NCBI GenBank assembly: GCA_951804945.1
Contig: OX638152.1
Coordinates: forward strand, 43,338,001-43,402,000
Direction: 5' to 3'
Origin: Podarcis cretensis
Lineage: Eukaryota
Length of the DNA stretch: 64,000 bases
The translations under genes were made by a program, and so were the position numbers. Positions 1 through 11,300 of the stretch are shown here, piece after piece. The notes under the pieces were generated by a model, which saw only the letters and a list, made by a program, of their open reading frames with translations, was not told the DNA's origin and ran no database searches. Numbering within the stretch: position 1 is the first letter of the stretch; every line of letters starts with the position of its first letter.

Positions 1-820
1 CTTTACTGGGAATTTTTTTATACAGACCCCATAGGATTAAGTTCAAATAAATTTCAGTATGCTCTCAGTACTAACTCAGCTCATTAAATTCAATTGTGAC
101 TGCCTTGCTCTAGATCAGAGAAGAGAAAACCTTCCCTGTGCAGAATGTCTGGTGCAATCCTACATTTGCAGCGTGACAGTAGTCATGCGGAATGCATATA
201 ATTCTCTTGGAAAAAATTGGGAGGGACCTATCAAATGTGGAACCAGAACTGTATAGGTAATTGCAGTGACAATATCTGTGAGTTATCAGTCGATATGAAT
301 GACACTTTTTAAGTGTTTGAATTCAATACAGGATGCAGCAGAAATGGTTAGCTCAAAAACTCAAGTAGCATGCGAGGTTTTCTGCTTGTGGAAAAGCCCT
401 ATCTTCTCTCAAACAAAGCTCTTCCAATTGGTGGCAATGACTATTCTTGTGCCTTATGCTTCTACAGGTAGTATCATGTCTTCCAAAAGCCTGGACCCAC
501 TAAGGGCTTACCGGTATATTGTAGATGGAAACTTATTCATGTTCGTCCTGCTACAATTAGTACTTTTGATCAACCGTGCATCTCAGAATCCGTTGCTGAT
601 TGGTGGATACATAACACTGCTTTTTTAGGATGATACGTATGCCTGAAATGTATTAATGACTTCAAAGTAGGGTGAATGTTTATCTGATCTTATATCTTAT
701 ATTTGGTTTTATCAGATGCTATGTTTATTACAATGCCTTTTCAATGTGAGTCTCTGAATTTTTTTTAAAACAGCAACATTTAAAAGCAAAAGGTTATAAA
801 ATGCAACTTATTCCCATAGG

Positions 821-976
821 CAGTGGCGTAGCGTGGGGTCGGCTGCACCGGGCGCAACATCTGGGGGTTAGGGTTAGGGGGCGCAAATCCACGGGTTAGG
901 GGGCGCAAATCCATGGGTTAGGGGGCGCAAATTACTTGCCTTGCCCCGGGTGCTGACAGCCCACGCTACGCCACTA
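821..976. mobile_element. hAT-type MITE with internal TTAGGG-containing 22-bp repeats (copy 1)
   Basis: TIR CAGTGGCGTAGCGTGGG / CCCACGCTACGCCACTA; perfect 8-bp TSD CCCATAGG (813-820, 977-984). Confidence 0.9.
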
Positions 977-1543
977 CCCATAGGACCTTAAAACAACACA
1001 TCTTTCATGTATTTTCCAAGTCTGACTAGTCTCAGTAAACACTCAGTACTTCCTATCATGCAGAGTAGTATGTTTGAAGCCTTGTTCATGAAATAACATC
1101 TGTTTACAGATTTCTTCATATAATCCAAAAATTAAGAACCAAATCTCATTTCTATAGTTTTTGATTTTAATTTACATATATAACTTTTGGATTTTTGGGG
1201 TGTTTTTTTGGTAATATTTTGCTTTTTCAACCTTTTGCTTTGTGCGGTGGGGATCTCTGTGTGATTTGAGTGTTTGTTTTTTGGCTTTTGGGGCAGGTGT
1301 TCATACGGTTGGATAGCACTGAGGAGGTTTCCGCAACTATCATATGAGCAGAAATTGGGGTAAAAAGACTCCCTCCTGCAGCCTTATCCAATATTGTTCC
1401 TTCACAAAAGCCTGCTTTAAAAGAACCTGGAAAAAAATTGGGTCTCTGGTTTCCCCTCATTAATTGGGTGTCTGTTGCATTTGGGTGGGGAGGAAGGAGG
1501 TTCCTAAGTGATCAGGCAACTTGGCCAGGCAAAGCACATTAAA

Positions 1544-1625
1544 ATGGATAAAGGGATTTCCTGACAGTATAAATACCTGCACACGACTTCCCTGTGCACC
1601 ATAACCCATGTTATGTATATATGCA
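1544..1625 (+). promoter_or_regulatory. POU1F1 core promoter: TATA box flanked by two Pit-1 consensus sites
   Basis: TATAAA at 1568-1573. ATGGATAAA (1544-1552) and ATGTATATA (1613-1621) both read as WWTATNCAT on the - strand. Confidence 0.75.
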
Positions 1626-1736
1626 AGGGAAAGTGGTACAATCGAATCCGGACTGCTGGGAACTGCATAGGGTAGACTTGGGAGAAAAGCAAGGCAAGGC
1701 ATCTCTTCGTTCTTCCTTTTCTGTTTGCTTGTGGGA

Positions 1737-1878
1737 ATGAGTTGTCAAGCCTTTCCTTCAGCTGACACCTTCATCCCTTTGAATTCAGACTCGTCACCCT
1801 CTCTGCCTCTGATAATGCATCACAGTGCTGCAGAGTGCTTACCCGTCTCCAATCATGCCACCAATGTGGTCTCAACAG
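1737..1878 (+). CDS. POU1F1: POU1F1 coding exon 1 (142 nt)
   Basis: ATG at 1737; encodes [47 protein letters not shown]; donor CAG|GTACTT. Confidence 0.96.
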
Positions 1879-4800
1879 GTACTTTTTTTATTCTATCAGT
1901 GTTGCTCTTCTCAATGTCCCATGCCTTGGCTTCTTTCATATGCTACGCAAGCCCTTGAAGGGAAAACTTTTTAAAGAGATTAGGTTCTCTGAGCAAATGA
2001 TTCAAACTAAAACTACCAGCGTGCCAGGTTTAATTGTGTATGGTGTAGTTGTTGTTTTTTTAATTAGCTTTCCAGTAAAATCTTCACAATGGAGAAGCTG
2101 GATCATCATAATGCATCATCAAAAGGCTGGTGTCTTATTTATTTATCTGATGTCGTATTTCTTTAAAGTGTTTCTTAAATGTTTCAACAGACGATTCCAG
2201 GGTGGTGTACAAATGTGTGAATAAAATCAATTCACACAATGTACAAAATTTAAAACCATTTAAAAACAAGACGAAACATAAATCCAAAATGGTAAAAGGA
2301 TATCATAATTCCTAAAACCATTTACAATCTAAAATGTCTTATTTCCTACTTCTCAAAAACTCATACTAAAAAATGGGAAGATGCATTATATGAAGTGGAA
2401 AATAAAACCAACCAGTTTGCACATATGCAAGCACTAAAAATCTAAGGTGATACAAATATTAACTAAGCTAATAAATCCTGTTTTCAGTTGCATGTCTAAG
2501 TATGGCATTATTAACAATTAATTTTCATTTGGACTCTTCCATATGACATTTTATTTTTGTTGTTGCTGCTGCTCTAGGTGGTGGTATATTCTGCAACATG
2601 TAATTGACTCGTTTATACTGAATTTGTGGTGGTTTATATTGGAGCATCCACACATCCTTCTGCTTTATTAGATGTTCTGCAATGCTTCTCCAGTGCTACT
2701 GCATTATTGTCATCTGGAGCTACACATCTTGAACAAGAGTGCTATAAAAGCTATCTGGGAGTGAAAAACAAAAAATAACTTGGAATGTTTGTGGTATAAA
2801 AAATTGAAGGATTTTAGCAGGAACATGCACTGTTTGGGAACAGAAGAGTTTGTCTGCCTCCAAAAGCTTTGCAAACACAAACAGTATTGAAAGTGGGATT
2901 GTATGTATAACCTCCCTGATACCAAATAATCATGAAAGCACAATAAAAAGGTTGCTTGGAAGGGCCTTTAGAGATGATCAAAAGCATCAGTTTATTCCAA
3001 GTGGCATGAAATGACAATTTCAGTCTTAAATAAAATCATTTGTATGCCCATTTTTTTCAAACTCCAGTATGTGTGTTTAAGCAGAAGGTAAAATAGAATC
3101 AGAATAATTTGCAACCTAACACCCAGGGAGGGGCACAGGGAGTGGGAATTAATCTATATTGAAGGTACATCAAAAAGAGGTTTCACCAACCAATAAAAGT
3201 TTGATAAGGAAGGAGCCAACAAGCCTCCTAGAGGGAATTCCATAGTCTGGGCTGCAACCATAGATACTCTGTCCCATTTTCCTACCACCAGCATGTCTGA
3301 ACCCAGCTGGAAATGGCCTCAAAGATCTCAGAAATTGGGTATGATCGCACGATAATCCTTAAAACACCTTGGTCCTAAATCTTTAAAGGCAGTATTTGGC
3401 ACTTTGAACTGGGATTGGAAACACAGCCGTATCCAAGGTCAGTCTAAACTGGAAAAGTGGGCCATGGCTTCTGAACTTTCTGCCACATCTGCATTTGTCT
3501 CAAGTCATACTTTCAAACACTTGCAAGGTTTTATATAACCTGCCAGAGAGTTCACAGTTTTAGAATATTTTTTTCCAAAATAAGAATTGTTTCAAGAAGC
3601 GCCAGAATTAGGTTTGAGGGCTACCTTGGCAACGTTCTACCTGGTCAACCTCGACTTCACCAATGTCTCCCCACTAACACTACCACCCCCCTCCAAATAA
3701 TCTTCTGGTAGTTGTGGACTCACAACTAAATGCTGCACTATGGTCCCAGTGACTGGCCATGCCACATCAACAACAATAAGACAGACCACTCAGAAGGAGG
3801 CAGAAGATGCCTTGTGCTGGTTTAGAATAATAGATGCTCCTTGGGAAGGCAGGGAAATATGATTTTTAAGGTAGAGATCCATGTCCCATTGACAGAGGCT
3901 TTTGTGTGGCGTTCCTTCATCGCTCCACATCTGGTTTCTCCCAAATGAGTTATATCAGTGATGCATGAAAGTCATTGTGCTCAGAAACTGCTACTCTCTC
4001 CTCTGCCCTGCAGGCAATTTAAGCCAGGCTCTTTTCAGTTCCTTAGGTTTCCTGTGACTTCAAGAGCTCTCCGTTTTTAATTTCAGAGAAGCATCAAGAT
4101 GTGTATTAAAGCAGATGACCCTGAAAGTATATTATACTGTATCCAACTATTTCAAAGATCATTAAGTTAAAACTTTTTTTCTGTTACATGGGAGAAAACC
4201 AATTTGTGGATTCAAAAGAAATGAAGAAAGAAGCAGAACGCTGCACTGCCATTTTAATTTAATGTGAAATAGAATCCTTCCAGGAATATAATTCATTTCT
4301 ATTTCAATGCCTTAAAACAAGAACTGTGGCTGAAAGAATGAAAATCAAAAATGGCTTGGCACACAGTGATTTATTTGCAGTGCATAACCCCCCTGCCACA
4401 CACATAAACACACTTGCTTTTAAAAAAAATTGTGAATAGTTCATACTGTGGACTTTTGACCAGCCTGTCAGATAAGGATTGGCCTGTGATTAGTACAGAA
4501 CTATATTGAAACTTGCATGTGTGATCTTTAACAAACAGCTCTGTTTTGAAGTAAAATGGGATGCACTGATTTGCGGACAGGGGAGTTCCTTCTGTGTAAA
4601 ATGGAATCAAACCAAAGAACAATGGGTATATTTGACTAACGCAGAAGCCATTCATAGTTCAAGAAGTAGTCAAATGTTCCTTTGATTCCTTTATCATCTG
4701 CCCACATCAGACATGGCTATTTTTTTTAAAAAAAAAAGGTTTTATTTTGTAAAATTTGCACAATAAAATAAAATCTCATAAGCATAATTTACATTTTATG

Positions 4801-7800
4801 TGTCAAGCTTTTCAGTAATCACTATAACTAGCACACAATGGCCTACATTTACTGGACTTCTGCTCCACTTGCTTTCAACAACTTTGTCATACATGGTAAA
4901 TCTGAGGTACGTTGAAAGCTGGGTGCATGCAGTTGCTTTTCCTGAATGTACAGCTCAAATTTACACACTTTCTTAAGATGCTCTCCAAAAGGTAGAGTAT
5001 AGACTCAAGACAGATCCAAAATGTGAATATAATATATTATTTATTTCCATGTTTATTTCATAACATTTGTACACGACTTGATTGTAAAAGAAAAGAAAAG
5101 AACAATGCTCAGAGCAGTTTACAAAAAGATAAAACAATAAAATAAAGGGGGAAAAATTACAACCATACTTTTAAAGCATACAAATAGAAGGTAAAATACT
5201 AAAGCTGAGTAAAATTACCTCCACTTTCTTAGTGTCTGGGTAGGCTTGTCTAAACAGGAATTTGTTTAGCAGGCACCAAACATAGAACAGTGAAGGCACC
5301 TGCTTCATCTCAGCAGGCAGGAAAGTGTAGATGCTGCCACACTAAACGGGTCTTCTGTGACACCTGTAGTGGTGCTAATTCTTCAACTGAAGAGGTCAAA
5401 TGAACACATGTGGGGCAAGACAATTCTAGTACACTGGTCCCAGTTTGCATTTCTTGGTGCAGAAAGTATTGATCTGATGTGTAGAGATCTTTCCCATTCT
5501 AATTAATTCAAGAGGGTTCTGGAAGCTTCTCTGTGTGGAAGAAACAAGCAGGAGTTCCTGATATTCTGGGTTATTCCTTCAGAGAAGCTGAGTATAGCTG
5601 GCTTAAACTTGGTTCTCTTATCTTTTCAGTCAAGGTCATGCCGACCATAAAAGTAGGGCCAGAAGGAGCCTGGGTTTCACTTTCTCTTTCTATATCTTTT
5701 GCTTCTGGTGTGGTGTTCTGTACATAGCATGCTTAGTGTTAAGGTTTTAGACTTATTATAAGTTATTAAAGTTAAGTCTGCTGCAGCTGGATTTCTTATG
5801 GACAGCGCCAATCCTGAATGTATTGGATTTGTGACCATTATGCTCATTTGCCTTCAATAGCAGTAAAGCTCGGCTGGATGAAATATTAATTGCCTCTGGT
5901 CTATTTTGGGGGGTAATCCTGCAACGTGTTTAAGGTTTTGCTCTGCTAACTATACATTGGAATCTATTCTGGGTCAATATTGAGTAGAATTTCAATGACA
6001 TACAGTGATACCTTGGGTTAAGTACTTAATTCGTTCCGAAGGTCCGTACTTAACCTGAAACTGTTCTTAACCTGAAGCACCACTTTAGCTAATGGGGCCT
6101 CCTGCTGCTGCCGTGCTGCCAGAGCATGATTTCTGTTCTCATCCTGAAGCAAAGTTCTTAACCTGAAGCACTATTTCTGGGTTAGTAGAGTCTGTAACCT
6201 AAAGTGTATGTAACCTGAGGTACCACTGTGGTATACTTTGGTTGGGTTGAAAGGATGATCTTCGGGTCCTTATGCATGTTCTTACCATTATCCTCTGTTT
6301 TGTTAACCCCAACCCCTAAATCTTCCTCCATATGCCTCTCCATGCCGACACTGGGGAATGTTCTACCAGGTCTGCATTATTCCATCCCTTCCTGCCATTA
6401 TGGAAACCAGCAAGCTGCCTACGGCGTGATGGCAGGTAAGAAATGTTCCCTTAAAACCAGTGGGCCCATAAAGCGGGGGGGGGGGGGGGAATACATCTGT
6501 AACTAATTCAGTTTGTCTCAACTGAAATGGTCTTACTGCACTCTCAACTTCCCCCTCCCCCTTTTTACCCAGGTATCAAGCCTGCAGGTCCAGATATGCT
6601 GGCAGCCAGCCTCTCTCAAAGCCGCATTTTGCAGACCTGCAGTATGCCCCATCCCAACATTGTGAATGGTGTTGGCACATTGCAAGGCAAGTCTGTCCTG
6701 TTTCATTTTGTTTTGTTTCCCCTAACTGATTAACCTTATTACATAAAAGGTTTCAGCGCCCGAGAGGCATTCCTGTAACAGCAGTAGTTCAAAATCAAAA
6801 GGAGCAGGGTTTAAATCTTAATTGCCATTTAAAAACGATGAAAAGCCATACAGAATAGGGATGACTAAAAGGGACCTTGTGGTTGGAGCTAGTCATCATC
6901 GTTGGGAATGAATGAATGAATGAATGAATCTTTATTCGTGTCAGCCATCGGCCATAGCAATAAAACAACAATACGATATGCAAAGAATGAAAATAAACAG
7001 ACAATTATATAAAATGCATTTTAGGGTTTATAATCAATAGTCAAATAGTGGATCTTATTCTGATTGCCCCAGCTAAAAACCTTGCAACCTTTGCTGTCAC
7101 CTGCTCATCTTGATCTGCCAAGAGAAAGGACACTGTAGCAGTGGTTGGGCGACCCGGAATGGACAATAAAAGAGGGGTGATAATCTCATTCCTCAAGTCT
7201 TTATAAAGAGTGCAAGCCAGAAGGGCATGTGCCACCGATTCGGTACTGCCATCTCCACAGGGACATAAGTGTTTTTCATGTGGAATCTGTTGCAGTGGCG
7301 TAGCGTGGGGGTGCAGGGGGGGCGGCCACACCGGGCGCAACATCTGGGGGTTAGGGTTAGGGGACACAAATCCACGGGTTAGGGGGCGCAAATTACTTGC
7401 CTTGCCCCGGGTGCTGACAACCCACGCTACGCCACTGATCTGTTGTAATTGTCCCTCAAGTACAGCCATTTAGAAATGCTGAAGAGCCACACAGAATGAT
7501 GACGACTAAAAGGGACCTTACTGTATCTTCAGCGGGAGGGAATTCTGCAAACTCAGGAGCTGCCCCCGAAAAGGCCCCTTCTTGTCTATTCACTAACCAA
7601 ATCTATTTTTCTGGTGGGAGATACAGAAGGACTTCTTAGCCTGTGGAAAGGATAATATGGGAAGAGATAGTGTTTCAGATAGCCTGGCCCTCAGCTTTTT
7701 AGGGTTTTGGTACCTTTACTGGGCTTGGAACCAATCTGGGAAGCCAGCACAGTCTATTTGTTTATTCATTTCCAATATTTATAGGTCACTTTTCACCACA

Positions 7801-8302
7801 GAGAGCCGCAGCACAGTTTACAGAACAATCAATAAGACCAGTGGACATAAGACCTGGGTAATATGAAATGAGAACAAGCTATTAAGACTTCAATCCCATG
7901 CCACTTACCTGGGAGTGAGTCCCATTGATCTTGATGAGGCTTACTTCTGAGTAAAAGTCTGCCTAGGATTGCACTGCTGCTAAATGATGTGAGCTGGGAA
8001 ATTATAGCATTTGTTTTTGTTCTCCAACAGGTAGCCTCACCCCTTGCCTTTATAAATTCCCTGACCATGCGCTGAGCGCCAGTTCATGTGCTCTGGGCCA
8101 CAGCTTTCCTTCCATGCACCCCTCTATCCTTGGAGATGACTCAGTCACTGATTTTAAGCAGGAATTCCGCAAGAAGAACAAGTCAATCGAAGAACCAATA
8201 GACATGGATTCTCCTGAAATCAGGGAGCTAGAAAAGTTTGCCAACGAGTTCAAGCTGAGAAGAATTAAGCTGGGTATGTGACTCATTTAACTAAAAATGT
8301 TA

Positions 8303-8349
<47 letters not shown>

Positions 8350-11300
8350 CTTTTGCTTATGCTAAAGCAACAAATGCATGGATTGTGGCATACTGATAAT
8401 GATAAAATGATCAGCAGCAGAGTAGAAAGGACAGTGTGAAAGGTCCATGTCTAAGTACTATTGCAAATGAACTGGGTTTTTACTGAATACTGGAGCTTTT
8501 CAAGCCTCCCACATTCTTCAAAAATGGTGCACTGATATAAATGATCCTATGCAGGAAATCTAAATGTGAATGTCTTTTCTGAGTAGTAGGAAATGTATAG
8601 CTCAAGACTAGTATAGTGCAAGGATAAGTCCCAGGCTCCCTTTTTGGTTTGTCTGCTTCTGTGTTAAAATTAAAACATTTTATTTTGTACAAGCCACAGG
8701 GAGTCTTCTGACAGCTTAAAAACAAAGAAATTTACTTTGGCATAACTTTTGTGGCATGTGGTGCATAAAGTGGCTGTAGATGCAGTAAGTGTGATCCATA
8801 GATGCAGAATCATCCTCTCTACCAATCTCACTGAGGTCAGAAGAAAAAGAAATGCAGAGAAGTGCAGGGCATGCAAATTATGGCATTACCAGTGGCCATT
8901 CATGCAAAGTTGATAATTTGGACAGCCTGGCATTGGTTAGTCTTCAAGGTGACACATGATTCTTTGTTATTTTTGCAACCATGGATTAATGGCTTCCCCA
9001 CTGGAAAACCTTTTCTGTGTCTGATTGGTGTGAAATCAAAATCAGATTTGTTTTATTAGATGAAAGAAAAATTCTGGAAGAGTTTCAAAATCATCAGTGT
9101 ATGCATATATATAGGTGGGTGGGTGGGTGAGTGTGTAGACTGATAAATAGATAAATAGATAAAGTGTTCCCATGCCAGCATCTTTCCCTGAGCTTGTAGG
9201 ATTGTTTTCTTTTGCAGGTTATACCCAAACTAACGTTGGAGAGGCTTTGGCTGCCGTGCATGGCTCTGAGTTCAGCCAAACAACTATTTGCCGGTTTGAA
9301 AACTTGCAGCTGAGCTTCAAGAATGCTTGCAAACTAAAATCCATCCTAACCAAGTGGCTGGAGGAAGCAGAACAAGTAGGAGGTATAACCCAAAATTCCA
9401 CGGCTCTTCTTAAGGGAGATTTCCTTGCTTGTGTGCATTGAAACGGATGCGGAACAGAGAACAATTTTCAGAAAGCACAGGCCTGCTCCAGCAACCCCTT
9501 TAGCACATTTAGTCAAGGGAGGGAGCAGGATTGTTCCCACTAGCACTGTCCCAGGTGCCAATGAACCAGGTGGCAAAGCGCCCCCTGGGTCTTAGGTGTG
9601 GGTCCTATTTTGAAATCACTGAAATTTGAGTGTTTAGTTCACAGGAATTGCAGGTCGCAGTAGCTTTTGATACTGTGCATGTTATCGTTGGAAGTTGCTT
9701 TCTCTCACAATGTTCTGTCCTGCAGCTTTATACAATGAAAAGGTTGGAGTGAATGAGCGGAAAAGGAAACGCAGAACAACCATAAGGTAATGTGGCTGGA
9801 TGCTGGACTGAGCTTTTCAGCTTTGGGAAACGCAGGCAGTTAGCACTTGAGTATTCCCATCTGTACGAATAGCCTCCTGAGGCTGCCATCCTACATACCA
9901 GGGGTTAGGGACTTTGGGTCCAGGGGCAAAAGGCAGTCTACCTGGTCTTTCTAGCCAGCCCTCAAGACTTTCCCCACATGTCCCCTAGGATGAACCCCCA
10001 ATGGCCCTGCTCTATGCCACCCATGGGTGCTTTTGCGCGTCTTACTCATCTGGATGGATGATGGAGGGGTGTGTAAACTTCTGACTCTTGTGTGGCTAGA
10101 ATGTAGCCTCCTGTGGAAAGGTAAAAGTCTTCCCATTGGCCCACTATTGCCTCGGGCCCGGCCCACTAATGCAATGCAGCCCTTAGGCACAAAGAGGGGA
10201 CCCTTCCCTGCTATAAAACACTTGTCTGAGGCTAAGAACCTAGAATCATAGAATTGTATAGTTGGAAAGCCCCCCACCCCTGGTGGCTTGTAGAATTAGG
10301 CTGCTTAGCTTTTTTCCCTTTAGTTGTTTTGTTAATAAGTGTTTTATAGAAGATGGTTGCTTTGCTGATGATTTGCAATTGTTTTACTGGCGATCTGTTA
10401 ATTATTCTTTGTGATTTATATTGTAATTGTGATGATCTGTTATGTTGTTTATTGTTGGAAGCCACTTTGTGTCTCACGTAAGTGAAAAGTGGCATAGAAA
10501 TATAATGACTGAATGACCCTGAGGGTCATCTAGTGCAACTGAATCCTGCCCACAGCCTTCCCTGGCTGGGCTTGAACCACCAACATTCTGGTTAATAGCC
10601 AGATGCCCTGACCCATTGCACCACTTCCAAATACACATGTATAGGATTGCCTCGTTAATTACATATATGGCCCTTGTATTTGTTGGGGGGGGGGCGAGGT
10701 CCAAAACATCACATTATTTTCCTCCATAAATCTAGTTACAGGTAGGTAGCCGTGTTGGTCTGCCATAGTCAAAACAAAATAAAAAAATTCCTTCCAGTAG
10801 CACCATAGAGACCAACTAAGTATTGGTATGAGCTTTCGTGTGCATCTGAAGAAGTGTGCATGCACATGAAAGCTCATACCAATAACAAACTTAGTTGGTC
10901 TCTAAGGTGCTACTGGAAGGAACTTTTTTATTTTGTTCCTCCATATAGGTACTTACGGGACGCAGGTGGCGCTGTGGGTTAAAGCCTCAGCGCTTAGGAC
11001 TTGCCGATTGAAAGGTCGGCGGTTCGAATCCCTGCGGCGGGGTGCGCTCCCGCTGCTCGGTCCCAGCGCCTGCCAACCTAGCAGTTCGAAAGCACCTCCG
11101 GGTGCAAGTAGATAAATAGGGACCGCTTACCAGCGGGAAGGTAAACAGCGTTTCTGTGTGCAGCTCTGGCTCGCCAGATGCAGCTTTGTCACGCTGGCCA
11201 CGTGACCCGGAAGTGTCTCCGGACAGCGCTGGCCCCTGGCCTCTTAAGTGAGATGGGCGCACAACCCCAGAGTCTGTCACGACTGGCCCGTACGGGCAGG

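Noticed and set aside
7041-7469. 142-aa ORF as a novel gene
   Set aside because: It is a chimera of a LINE C-terminus and a MITE.
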